A DNA stretch of 64,000 nt from Macrostomum lignano (taxonomy: Eukaryota). The notes beneath the pieces are model-generated. The model saw only the letters and a program-made list of their open reading frames with translations. It was not told the origin of the DNA and did no database searches. Location: contig NIVC01000089.1 in NCBI GenBank assembly GCA_002269645.1, positions 372,001-436,000 on the forward strand, given 5' to 3'. The position numbers and the translations under genes were made by a program. Shown here piece by piece: positions 50,901-63,040 of the stretch (positions are counted from its first letter, which is position 1; each line of letters opens with the position of its first letter).

Positions 50901-52472
50901 TTGAATTCCAGACTAAAGCTGTAGTTATTTTAGTGGTTTCGCCCGGTCGCACGAGAAGCAAGAGAGGCAGAGGCAAAGAAAAGACTGGGTTTTGGGGGGG
51001 GAGGCGCAGAGAGGAAAGAAGGGGACAGAGGGAGGACAGGCATCCAGTGGACAGCCACGACGCTCACCCCATCAGCCAGCCAATCAGGAGTCGCCGCCGG
51101 GGGAGAGGCACAGACAGGACGGAAAATAAAGCTGGGACACGGGCAGAGCATAGGCCAGGCCAGGGTGAGCTTGGACTCCCCCTCCCAACCCAGGCCTGAC
51201 ACACCGGGCCCAATCATAGCGAGAGGAGGAGAGGGAGAGAGACAGCATAGCACAAAACAAGTAGATCCACCACACTAAATACGCCAACAACGAAGGACTA
51301 AAAGTTATTCATAGGCAAGAGCCATAGAATTAAGACACAGACTTCGTCGCCGTGATGAAGCATAGGCCCTGGATTATGGGAGTAAATCGCGCAAGCTCTA
51401 ATTATAGAATCAACCAAACAGAAGCTGAGTGCGCACACCTCATCGGCTAACGGAAGCGACTCCACTGGGTTACTCGGGTTAGAAGCCTCGGCCATTGGCT
51501 GCTTCTGCTGTTGCTGCGATTGCTTCTTTCCCCTTGTTCGCGTCCTTTTCTTGTGCGGCTGCTGTTGAGAATGGGGGGGGGGTAGGATTAGAATAGTTTG
51601 AATTGGGAAGATTGCATTGGGGATTGAGATTACCAAGTTAGATCTTACTGGGGGGCCGGGGGGGGTAAAATTGACTTAGGGAATTGTATCTACTCGCAGC
51701 TACTGAGGGGGTAGAGAGAGCTGGGGTAGATGGCAGCTACTGAGGGGTAGAGTGAGCGTGAGCTGGGGTAGATGGTAGCTACTGAGGGGTAGAGTGAGCG
51801 TGAGCTGGGGCAGATGGCAGCGGCACTCACGGCAGCCGCAGTCGCCCGCTTGCCCCCGCCGTCTGGCTGCAGCACGGCCCCAAAGTCCAACAGGGTGCCC
51901 GTCAGCTGGTAGGGCGCCTTGGCCTTGGCCAGACTGTCCGACTCCGCCCCGGATGACTGCCAGTCCTCCTCCTGACTGTCGGCATCATCGGCATCCGCCT
52001 CCGCGGCCGCAGCCGACAAAGCCGCGAACGGGTTGTCGGCCTGGCGCCGCGCCGCCCACTCGTCGTGCCAGTCGATCCGCAGGCCATCCAGCAGCCGCCC
52101 CGTCCGCCTAGTCGCCAGCTCGGCGTCGAACCGCCCGACCTGCAGCAGCTCCGCCTCCCGCCTCAGGCAAGAGTCCAGCCTCTCCTCGACATCGCGAAGC
52201 CGCTCCTCGGTCCAGTCGGCTGCCGACGGTGGCGTCGCTCGCGCCGAGTCGGCGAGCCGCTCGATCTCCGACACAACGCCGACGAGCTGCTGCTGCTGGT
52301 CGGCTGCAACCGAGTGGCGCCGGATGTCGGCGAGGAGCTCAGCCCGACGCGCCTCCAGCTGTTGGACGGCGTCGTCAAAAAAGCCGTTGACCTGGTCGAT
52401 GAGCTCCTTGCGAGAGTCGACTCGGTTGAGCAACAGGCGCAGATCGGAGGCCTTCGAGCCGATCCGCTCCAT
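47918..52472 (-). CDS. Gene A: TRIM-type coiled coil plus NHL-like beta-propeller protein, no RING/B-box seen, ~593 aa
   Basis: Exons 52472-51831, 51561-51439, 50547-50177, 49350-48878, 48090-47918 total 1782 nt in frame. N-terminal helix QVNGFFDDAVQQLEARRAELLADI resembles the B-box C-terminal coiled coil. The C-terminal half has blade-like strands (IRVYDRRGRF, LLILDRSAGKVLCV, PEDVVCTGEWLFIAC, PVRLAWN...LVVID). Confidence 0.7.
48115..48660. repeat. 18-bp minisatellite (GGGTAAAGAGGGTGAGGA)n
   Basis: Gene A last intron. Confidence 0.93.
49430..50135. repeat. 12-bp minisatellite (GTGAGATGGTCA)n
   Basis: Gene A intron 3. Confidence 0.95.
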
Positions 52473-53239
52473 CGCCGCTGCTGCTGCAAAAATCAGCGGA
52501 GCTGCTCCGACTCAGACAGACTTAGACTTAGTTGTTATGTTCTCATGATAGCCGCTAACTTGTGTGGCAATAACTATCAGCTTATGAATCAAGACTAGCC
52601 GACCAGATAAGGCGGGCTACTAATGCTAAAGCCACGGCAAAAGTAAAATTATTGCAATACAAAAATTAAATTAAAAAGATTGAGGCAATATTAGTAGAAG
52701 TACTTTCTTTAAAGTGCGAAGCTAACAACCATGTTTAATAAAACTATAATAAATCAGCTGCTACTATATACAAATATCGCCTACTTGATAGTAGTAGTAA
52801 CAAAATAATTTGAATGATTTATTTATTTAAAACCAAAGAATGCTGCAAACAGACGGCAATAAGAAGTACAAAAAGTGCCTTTTGTGTACAAAAAATGGAT
52901 TTAAATTTATTCCAGAATAAAATTATTTTTTCGATGCAAACAAAGAGCGTAAAAAAGTAAGAATGTAGAGAAATATCTAATAAACATACAACGCAACCCC
53001 TCACGGTCACGCCCGCCGATTATATTCAACAATAATTGAAAAGCCACACAACGTTTCGCTCAGTCGTCGCACTGCAGCTGCTCAAATGTGTTAATGCACG
53101 ACTCAATGTGTAGTTCAACTGATTTCTCCCTCATCTAAATAACCTTCGGGACCTTCAACGCGATGACTTTAGTTTAGAAAGAAACGCTGTCAAGAATCGA
53201 AAAGTCATCTCTCTGTAAACTGCGCACATTCACAATGTC

Positions 53240-54517
53240 TTAGCATAATTGAATAGGAGCGGAATCGATCCCCCGACGTTGGGACCTCGGTGACCTGCCG
53301 CGGAGCAACCTGCGTGCCGCCCTGCCACGCGACGGGCTCCTCTCTACGCCGCGAAACCTTCCACCTCTGCCAAAGACAAGCGATGCACTTGGCACCGCAC
53401 CGTCCTCTTGAAGCTCGGCCTCGTCACCTTGAGACGACTGGCTCGAGTCTTCATTGCGTTGAGTTTCAACTAAAGCGCCGCCTCTTCCATAGGGCCTCGA
53501 TCTGCCACGAAAACTGCCGCCGTAGACGCTTGGCAGGTAGCTTCGTCTGGCAGGATAAGCGGCGCCACGGCGCAACCGAGCTATGGTTGAACTGTGCTCA
53601 GCATCCAATTCTGACTCACCCGGAGCAGCGACATCCCCGATCTCTCTCCGTTTAAGGTATCTTTCCTCAGGTACCTGCGCCTCATCACACTGAGACGACT
53701 GGCTCGAGTTTTCATCAAGCTGCTGATTTTCAACTGAAGCACCGCCTCTTCTATAGGGTCTGAGTCTGCCACGACTGCCAAGTCTGCCGCGTTGCGCAAT
53801 TGCCCGTCTTGAAAAATGAGCGACGCCACGGCGTGATGCGAAGACTGTTCGAGCAGCGAATGAGTTTTGTTCAGCATCCGCTTCAGCATCATCCCTTTCA
53901 TCCGCGTCAGCCTCGTCTGGAGCGTTCACGTCATCGCTCCCCGTGCGATCAAGGTAGGCGCCAAAATTAACAATATTTAGAACTCTGTATTCACTGTAGT
54001 CTTCCAGCTGTTCGTATTGACTGTCGGCATCATCGGCATCCGCCTCCGCGGCCGCAGCCGACAAAGCCGCGAACGGGTTGTCGGCCTGGCGCCGCGCCGC
54101 CCACTCGTCGTGCCAGTCGATCCGCAGGCCATCTAGCAGTCGTCCCATTCGCCTCCTCGCCAGCTCGGCGTCGAACCGCCCGACCTGCAGCAGCTCCGCC
54201 TCCCGCAGCAGGCAGGAGTCCAGCCTCTCCTCGACATCGCGAAGCCTCTCCTCGTTCCAGTTGGCTGCTGACGGCGGCGTTGCTTGCGCCGAGTCGGCGA
54301 GTCTCTCGATCTCCGACACAACGCCGACGAGCTGCTGCTGCTGGTCGGCTGCAACCGAGTGGCGCCGGATGTCGGCGAGGAGCTCCGCCCGACGCGCCTC
54401 CAGCTGTTGGACGGCATCGTCAAAAAAGCCGTTGACCTGGTCGATGAGCTCCTTGCGAGAGTCGACTCGGTTGAGCAGCAGGCGCAGATCGGAGGCCTTC
54501 GAGCCGATCCGCTCCAT
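53240..54517 (-). CDS. Gene B: single-exon 425-aa paralogue with gene A coiled coil fused to an acidic/RG-rich disordered tail
   Basis: Uninterrupted ORF. The first ~165 codons are near-identical to gene A exon 1 up to DADDADSQ, then the sequence is unrelated and contains an in-frame 261-bp internal duplication. Confidence 0.65.
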   Translation of the reverse strand: MERIGSKASDLRLLLNRVDSRKELIDQVNGFFDDAVQQLEARRAELLADIRRHSVAADQQQQLVGVVSEIERLADSAQATPPSAANWNEERLRDVEERLDSCLLREAELLQVGRFDAELARRRMGRLLDGLRIDWHDEWAARRQADNPFAALSAAAAEADADDADSQYEQLEDYSEYRVLNIVNFGAYLDRTGSDDVNAPDEADADERDDAEADAEQNSFAARTVFASRRGVAHFSRRAIAQRGRLGSRGRLRPYRRGGASVENQQLDENSSQSSQCDEAQVPEERYLKRREIGDVAAPGESELDAEHSSTIARLRRGAAYPARRSYLPSVYGGSFRGRSRPYGRGGALVETQRNEDSSQSSQGDEAELQEDGAVPSASLVFGRGGRFRGVERSPSRGRAARRLLRGRSPRSQRRGIDSAPIQLC

Positions 54518-55012
54518 CGCCGCTGCTGCAGGTCTGAAATAAATGGGTCAGCAGGTTTTTGAAAACGATCGCCAGGTGTTCATTGAATTTCAAACATTAT
54601 AAAGAGAAATGAAAATATAGCAAATTTTGAGTTAAATGAAGATTCTGAGTAGAATAAGTCAATTTTATTGAGTAAATCATTCAACATCACCAGTGCATAC
54701 AGTTGATGGAAATAGAGCAAAACTATTGGATAAAAATGTAATAAAAATTTATAGACACAGTATTAGGCATTATTCCTTACAATGGAAAGACGGAAAAGTC
54801 AAATAAAAAGCCAAAAAACAAAAGTGCTGAATAAAAATGTATCCTTAAGGCCGTTTTCATGCTATTTGTTTAAAATATTAATAAGGCGCAAAAACCAGAC
54901 AGACAAAAACATGGAGTGTTGTAAAGTTGTAAAAAACAAGTAAAATCCTTTTATCGCATACATGTTAATGCATCAAGAGTTAGCAACGAGTCGACTGGGT
55001 TTAATAGTAGCA

Positions 55013-55261
55013 CAGGGGTCGGCAAAGCCCGTCCGTCGGGCCACATGCGGCCCTCGAAGTCCCTCTACCAGGCCGTCGGGTCCTTTGAAGCTTCACAATA
55101 GCAATCCGGCCCGCTCAATGTTTGTATCTCTTCTCAACTCTCTCCCCTCTCCTTTCTCCCACTCTCTTCTTCTATTCCCTCTCTTTTCCACTCTCATTTG
55201 GCCCGCAGCCATGAGTTGGATTCTATACCTGGCCCTTGAGATAAAAGTTTTCCGACCCCTG
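55013..55261. mobile_element. hAT-like MITE, ~249 bp
   Basis: TIRs CAGGGGTCGGCAAA / TTTTCCGACCCCTG (1 mismatch); subterminal GGGCCACATGCGGCCC typical of hAT MITEs; degenerate flanking AGTAGC on both sides. Confidence 0.7.
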
Positions 55262-55510
55262 GAAGTAGCGAAACTATGCGTGCATAAATGTGTGCGATGT
55301 GACACGGGGGTATGCTATTTAGTTAGTTCGCAGCGGTCAAGTCAAAGCGACAGTCAACTCGCAGCCAGCAATGCTCATTCCGCTGAATCGCTGAGAACGC
55401 AAACTTCCTCAATCGTCAGGCATGTACACATTCTGTGTCTTGGCAGCTGGCCCTCAGGGGCCATTTTTGCAAATCAAACTCTGGAAAAATCAGACTCTGG
55501 ACGATTTCAT

Positions 55511-56068
55511 TCACATAAAAGAACTCATAGCGGTCGAGAACACGCAGCCGTTGTTGCAGCAGGCGGCAATGGAGTCCCTGACGGGGCACAGATTCCAAAC
55601 AAGCCAGGGCGCCCTGACTGGCACACTGCTGATCAAGCTGAAGCTGTTCCGATCCAGCACGAGAAACTCGGTCATCCCGCCAGTCCGACGCGACAACAGC
55701 AGACGATTTTGCACGAATTCGACGCTGGAATCACTAACGACTGGAACGCTTCGCCCTGACATTCTGCCCGCTCGAACTCAACCGACTTAGCGGACTGTCG
55801 GCTGGTCGATTTGACAAGTTTAAGCGCGCATAGTCGATAGGCACCGGGCCCAGTCTGGTCCACTATGACCAGCCTGCTCTCATTGGCGTCCCAGGCCAGC
55901 CTGACCGGAGCAAAGAGTCCATAGGCCGCCAGTGAGGTGAATTGACGAATTTTAACCGGCTTTGATGCGTCATCAACAAGCGACACGATGTAGATTCCAG
56001 CAGCTGGAGAACTGATTATCAATAATTCGCCAGTACTGATGGCGTCCTCTGGCGCTTCCAGCTGCCTG
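55511..56068 (-). pseudogene. Gene C: orphan, frameshifted beta-propeller exon paralogous to gene A exons 4-5
   Basis: Phase-2 acceptor at 56070-56069, the same phase as gene A exon 4. RQLEAPEDAISTGELLIISSPAAGIYIVSL aligns to RFSLHQPEDVVCTGEWLFIACPSVGIFIVSL. Similarity continues only in another frame after ~55780 (SSVEFVQNRLLL vs SALVFRSTLLL). No upstream exons found in the window. Confidence 0.6.
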
Positions 56069-56393
56069 CTGAAATCAAGAAGCAGGCGCGATTGATCAGG
56101 TTTTGTGAAAAATTCGCTAAACTAAATAAAATTCCCTTAAAAACAACATGAGCGTCAGGCTGTTGATGACTAAAACTCAGACTGGAATCCTCTAAATTTT
56201 GGTAACTTAAAAAGGCTCTGAAGTGACGGGTTATTTTTTGGTCTCCCCCTTTGCGGCACAAACGCTACCTTTTTTGCTCGTCACAAATACATCTTCGCAC
56301 CTCACTCAAACTAAACCTATGAACGCAACCTGGTCTCCGCTTACTGGATGCGACTTGGATTGAGAGTTGAATTCGTACAAAAACATCGGGACT

Positions 56394-56422
56394 TCCTATA
56401 TACTAAAAATGGTCTGTCTGTG

Positions 56423-56455
<33 letters not shown>

Positions 56456-57424
56456 GTGATCGATTAGAGAAAAAATGGCTGGACCGATTTTGTTCAAACT
56501 TGCACTGTTCGATCAGAAATTTTCCCGTGACTGTACATGCATCGCGGCTAAGAAATTGCTCGATGCTAAAGGCATTAAATATTCGAAAAACATGCTTTTT
56601 TGCAAAGGTCAAGCAAACTTTTCGACTTGAAATGCATTGTAAGAATGCTAGAGAAAAAACTGACTGGTTGAATTCTGGTTCTGAAATAGATTGCATCATC
56701 ACTGAATTGTAACTCCGACTTGAATTGAAAATGCAGTGTGGAAGCGTAGCACCAGACTTGATTTAAATTGCGTAACCATATTGTTAACTGATACTGACTG
56801 ACTGAGAAACTGATTATGTCATAACTGCTTCGTGTGATTTACTCTATGCTTGGATTTTAAACTGTTGAATTATATATATATATAAGTGCAAAATTTGATG
56901 TTATCAAAAAGATGAGAACTAGCCTAGAGGTGAACAGACTGAACTGCTAAATGCAGCGACGATGGTTCGAATTTTCATAGAGTATAATTTTTTTAATTAA
57001 AGCTTTTCAACGTCAGGAAAACTAAAAGACTTTTTAAAAAGAAGCGTCATGTAAAAATCATAGTAGCGTCATGTAAAAAATTGTAGAAGCGTCATATAAA
57101 AAATTATAGAAGCGTCATATAAAAATCATAGATGCGTCATTTAAAAAATCATAGAAGCATCATATAAAAATCATAGATGCGTCATTTAAAAAACCATAGA
57201 AGCATCATGTAAACAATCATAGAAGCGTCATTTAAAAAATCATAGAAGCATCATATAAAAATCATAGATGCGTCATTTAAAAAATCATAGAAGCATCATG
57301 TAAACAATCATAGAAGCGTCATTTAAAAAAATCATAGAAGCGTCATATAAAAATCATAGATGCGTCATTTAAAAAATCATGGAAGCGTCATGTAAACAAT
57401 CATACTAAAAATGGTCTGTCTGTG

Positions 57425-57469
<45 letters not shown>

Positions 57470-58438
57470 GTGATCGATTAGAGAAAAAATGGCTGGACCG
57501 ATTTTGTTCAAACTTGCACTGTTCGATCAGAAATTTTCCCGTGACTGTACATGCATCGCGGCTAAGAAATTGCTCGATGCTAAAGGCATTAAATATTCGA
57601 AAAACATGCTTTTTTGCAAAGGTCAAGCAAACTTTTCGACTTGAAATGCATTGTAAGAATGCTAGAGAAAAAACTGACTGGTTGAATTCTGGTTCTGAAA
57701 TAGATTGCATCATCACTGAATTGTAACTCCGACTTGAATTGAAAATGCAGTGTGGAAGCGTAGCACCAGACTTGATTTAAATTGCGTAACCATATTGTTA
57801 ACTGATACTGACTGACTGAGAAACTGATTATGTCATAACTGCTTCGTGTGATTTACTCTATGCTTGGATTTTAAACTGTTGAATTATATATATATATAAG
57901 TGCAAAATTTGATGTTATCAAAAAGATGAGAACTAGCCTAGAGGTGAACAGACTGAACTGCTAAATGCAGCGACGATGGTTCGAATTTTCATAGAGTATA
58001 ATTTTTTTAATTAAAGCTTTTCAACGTCAGGAAAACTAAAAGACTTTTTAAAAAGAAGCGTCATGTAAAAATCATAGTAGCGTCATGTAAAAAATTGTAG
58101 AAGCGTCATATAAAAAATTATAGAAGCGTCATATAAAAATCATAGATGCGTCATTTAAAAAATCATAGAAGCATCATATAAAAATCATAGATGCGTCATT
58201 TAAAAAACCATAGAAGCATCATGTAAACAATCATAGAAGCGTCATTTAAAAAATCATAGAAGCATCATATAAAAATCATAGATGCGTCATTTAAAAAATC
58301 ATAGAAGCATCATGTAAACAATCATAGAAGCGTCATTTAAAAAAATCATAGAAGCGTCATATAAAAATCATAGATGCGTCATTTAAAAAATCATGGAAGC
58401 GTCATGTAAACAATCATACTAAAAATGGTCTGTCTGTG

Positions 58439-58479
<41 letters not shown>

Positions 58480-59448
58480 GTGATCGATTAGAGAAAAAAT
58501 GGCTGGACCGATTTTGTTCAAACTTGCACTGTTCGATCAGAAATTTTCCCGTGACTGTACATGCATCGCGGCTAAGAAATTGCTCGATGCTAAAGGCATT
58601 AAATATTCGAAAAACATGCTTTTTTGCAAAGGTCAAGCAAACTTTTCGACTTGAAATGCATTGTAAGAATGCTAGAGAAAAAACTGACTGGTTGAATTCT
58701 GGTTCTGAAATAGATTGCATCATCACTGAATTGTAACTCCGACTTGAATTGAAAATGCAGTGTGGAAGCGTAGCACCAGACTTGATTTAAATTGCGTAAC
58801 CATATTGTTAACTGATACTGACTGACTGAGAAACTGATTATGTCATAACTGCTTCGTGTGATTTACTCTATGCTTGGATTTTAAACTGTTGAATTATATA
58901 TATATATAAGTGCAAAATTTGATGTTATCAAAAAGATGAGAACTAGCCTAGAGGTGAACAGACTGAACTGCTAAATGCAGCGACGATGGTTCGAATTTTC
59001 AGAGAGTATAATTTTTTTAATTAAAGCTTTTCAACGTCAGGAAAACTAAAAGACTTTTTAAAAAGAAGCGTCATGTAAAAATCATAGTAGCGTCATGTAA
59101 AAAATCGTAGAAGCGTCATATAAAAAATTATAGAAGCGTCATATAAAAATCATAGATGCGTCATTTAAAAAATCATAGAAGCATCATATAAAAATCATAG
59201 ATGCGTCATTTAAAAAACCATAGAAGCATCATGTAAACAATCATAGAAGCGTCATTTAAAAAATCATAGAAGCATCATATAAAAATCATAGATGCGTCAT
59301 TTAAAAAATCATAGAAGCATCATGTAAACAATCATAGAAGCGTCATTTAAAAAAATCATAGAAGCGTCATATAAAAATCATAGATGCGTCATTTAAAAAA
59401 TCATGGAAGCGTCATGTAAACAATCATACTAAAAATGGTCTGTCTGTG

Positions 59449-59481
<33 letters not shown>

Positions 59482-60013
59482 GTGATCGATTAGAGAAAAA
59501 ATGGCTGGACCGATTTTGTTCAAACTTGCACTGTTCGATCAGAAATTTTCCCGTGACTGTACATGCATCGCGGCTAAGAAATTGCTCGATGCTAAAGGCA
59601 TTAAATATTCGAAAAACATGCTTTTTTGCAAAGGTCAAGCAAACTTTTCGACTTGAAATGCATTGTAAGAATGCTAGAGAAAAAACTGACTGGTTGAATT
59701 CTGGTTCTGAAATAGATTGCATCATCACTGAATTGTAACTCCGACTTGAATTGAAAATGCAGTGTGGAAGCGTAGCACCAGACTTGATTTAAATTGCGTA
59801 ACCATATTGTTAACTGATACTGACTGACTGAGAAACTGATTATGTCATAACTGCTTCGTGTGATTTACTCTATGCTTGGATTTTAAACTGTTGAATTATA
59901 TATATATATAAGTGCAAAATTTGATGTTATCAAAAAGATGAGAACTAGCCTAGAGGTGAACAGACTGAACTGCTAAATGCAGCGACGATGGTTCGAATTT
60001 TCATAGAGTATAA
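56394..60013 (+). mobile_element. Tandem array (3 full + 1 partial, ~1.0 kb units) of the 5' part of a related Helitron-like element
   Basis: Units start ATACTAAAAATGG at 56400, 57402, 58416, 59426. They are near-identical apart from (TCTA)n and (TA)n length and a few SNPs. Each has the AAATGGCTGGACCGATTTT motif after the microsatellite, tRNA-like boxes and a 21-22 bp minisatellite. Confidence 0.75.
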
Positions 60014-60169
60014 CTAGCAATCTTCGCCCCCCGATGGGGGGCATCTAGATAGAATCTCTGGCACTCTACAAGTATCAAAAAGACGGCCAAATAAAGCCTT
60101 CACATAGACAATAGAAAAACTGCTCAAATGAAGTGCAATGCAAAAAAATATCCCAGGACAGCAAGCAAC

Positions 60170-61275
60170 CCCCCAGATAGCAAGCACCCCCAGATAGCAA
60201 GCATCCACCTAATAGCAAGCACCCTTAGATAGCAAGCATCCCCAGATAGCAAGCACCCTTGGATAGCAAGGCAAGCATCTCCAGATAGCAAGCACCCCCA
60301 GATAGCAGGCACCCCAGATAGCAAGCATCCACCTAATAGCAAGCACCCCAAGATAGCAAGCATCCACCTAATAGCAAGCACCCTTAGATAGCAAGCACTT
60401 CCAGATAGCAAGCACCCCCAGATAGCAAGCACCCCAAGTAGCAAGCATCTCTAGATAGCAAGCACCCCCAGATAGCAGGCACCCCAGATAGCAAGCATCC
60501 ACCTAATAGCAAGCACCCCAAGATAGCAAGCATCCACCTAATAGCAAGCACCCTTAGATAGCAAGCACCCCCAGATAGCAAGCACCCCCAGATAGCAAGC
60601 ATCTCCAGATAGCAAGCACCCCCAGATAGCAAGCATCCACCTAATAGCAAGCACCCCCAGATAGCAAGCATCCACCTAATAGCAAGCACCCCCAGATAGC
60701 AAGCATCCACCTAATAGCAAGCACCCCCAGATAGCAAGCACCCCCAGATAGCAAGCACCCCCAGATAGCAAGCATCTCTAGATAGCAAGCACCCCCAGAT
60801 AGCAGGCACCCCAGATAGCAAGCATCCACCTAATAGCAAGCACCCCCAGATAGCAAGCATCTCCAGATAGCAAGCACCCCCAGATAGCAGGCACCCCAGA
60901 TAGCAAGCATCCACCTAATAGCAAGCATCCACCTAATAGCAAGCACACCCAGATAGCAAGCACCCCCAGATAGCAAGAACCCCCAGATAGCAGGCACCCC
61001 AGATAGCAAGCATCCACCTAATAGCAAGCACCCCCAGATAGCAAGCACCCCCAGATAGCAAGCACCCCCAGATAGCAAGCACCCCCAGATAGCACGCATC
61101 TCCAGATAGCAAGCACTCCAAGATAGCAGGCACCCCAGATAGCAAGCATCCACCTAATAGCAAGCACCCCCAGATAGCTAGAACCCCCAAGATAGCAAGC
61201 ATCCCCCAGATAGCAAGCACCCCCAGATAGCACGCATCTCCAGATAGCAAGCACTCCAAGATAGTAGGCACCCCA
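60170..61275. repeat. 18-bp minisatellite (CAGATAGCAAGCACCCCC)n inside the Helitron-like element
   Basis: Direct reading. Confidence 0.95.
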
Positions 61276-61279
61276 TTTA

Positions 61280-63040
61280 TGTTTGACATGGTAGCTGTTT
61301 TGTGTCTGACATGGTGGCTCTTTAATGTTTGAGCTGGTGGCTCTTTTGTGTTTGACATGGTGGCACTTTAATGTCTGAAATGGAGTCATGTATACGCTTG
61401 ACATGGTGACTCGTAGATGTTTGACAAAGTGGCTCTTTTATGTTCGACATGTGGCTCTTTAATGTTTGACATGGTGGCTCTTTAATGTTTGACATGGTGG
61501 CTCTTTAATGTTTGACATGGTGGGTCTTTAATTTATGACATGGTGGCTCTTTTATGTTTGACATGATGGCTCTTTAATGTTCGACATGGTGGCTGTTTAA
61601 TGTTTGTTATGTAGTCATATGTATATGTTTTACATGGTGGCTCTTTTATGTGTGACATGGAGTCACGTATATATTTGACATGGAGTCACATATGTTTGAC
61701 ATGGTGGCTCTTTTATGTTCGACATGTGGCTCTTTAATGTTTGACATGGTGGCTCTTTAATGTTTGACATAGTGGCTCTTTAATGTTTGACATGGTGGGT
61801 CTTTAATTTATGACATGGTGGCTCTTTTATGTTTGACATGATGGCTCTTTAATGTTCGACATGGTGGCTGTTTAATGTTTGTTATGTAGTCATATGTATA
61901 TGTTTTACATGGTGGCCCTTTTATGTGTGACATGGAGGCACGTATATATTCGACATGGAGTCACATATGTTTGACATGGTGGCTCTTTAGTGTTCGATAT
62001 GGTGGCTCTTTAATGTTTGACATGGTGGCTCTTTAATGTCTGACATGGTGGCTCTTTAATGTTTGACATGGTGGCTCTTTTATGTTCGACATGTTGGCTC
62101 TTTAGTGTTTGACATGGCTCTTTAATGTTTGACATGGTGGCTCTTTTATGCTTGACATGGTGGCTCTTTAATGTTCGACATGGTGGCTCTTTAATGTTTG
62201 ACATGGTGGCTCTTTTATGCTTGACATGGTGGCTCTTTAATGTTCGACATGGTGGCTCTTTAATGTTTGACATGGTGGCTCTTTTATGCTTGACATGGTG
62301 GCTCTTTTATGTTCGACATGGTGGCTCTTTTTTGTTCTACATGGTAACTCTTTTATGTTTGATACGGTGGCTTTTTAATATCTGACATTGTGGCTCTTCT
62401 ATGTTTGACATTGTGGCTCTTTTATGTTTGACATGGTGGCTCTTTAATGTTTGACATGGTGGCTCTTTAATGTACGACATAAAGGTTCGTTTATGTTCGA
62501 CATGGTGGCTCTTTTAGGTTTGACATGGTAGCTCTTTTATGTTCGACATGGTGGCTCTTTTAGGTTTGACATGGTGGCTCTTTTAGGTTTGACATGGTAG
62601 CTCTTTTATGTTCGACATGGTGGCTCTTAAATGTTTCACATGATGGCTCTTAAATGTCTTACATGGTGGCTCTTTTATGTTTGACAATGTGGCTCTTTAA
62701 TGTTTTACATGGCGGCTCTTTTATGTTCGAAATGGTGGCTCTTTAATGTTCGACATGGTGGCTCTTTAATGTTTGACATGCTAGCTCTTTAATGTTCGAC
62801 ATAGTGGCTCTTTTATGTTTGGCATGGTGGCTCTTTAATGTTCTTCATGGTGGCTCTTTTACGTTTGACATGGTGGCACTTTAATGTTCGACGTGGTGGC
62901 TCTTTAATGTTCGAAATGGTGACTCTTTAATGTTTCACATGGTGGCTCTTTAATGTTTGACATAGAGTCACGTATTTGTTTTACATGGTGCCCATGTAAT
63001 GTTTGACATGGTGCCTCTTTTATGTTTGACATTGTGCTTT
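61280..63040. repeat. 23-bp minisatellite (ATGTTTGACATGGTGGCTCTTTA)n inside the Helitron-like element
   Basis: Direct reading. Confidence 0.95.

Noticed and set aside
56448-59738. Four identical 84-aa and 70-aa ORFs as a tandem gene family
   Set aside because: They lie in the non-coding Helitron body, and the diverged copy at 63230-63635 does not keep the frames.
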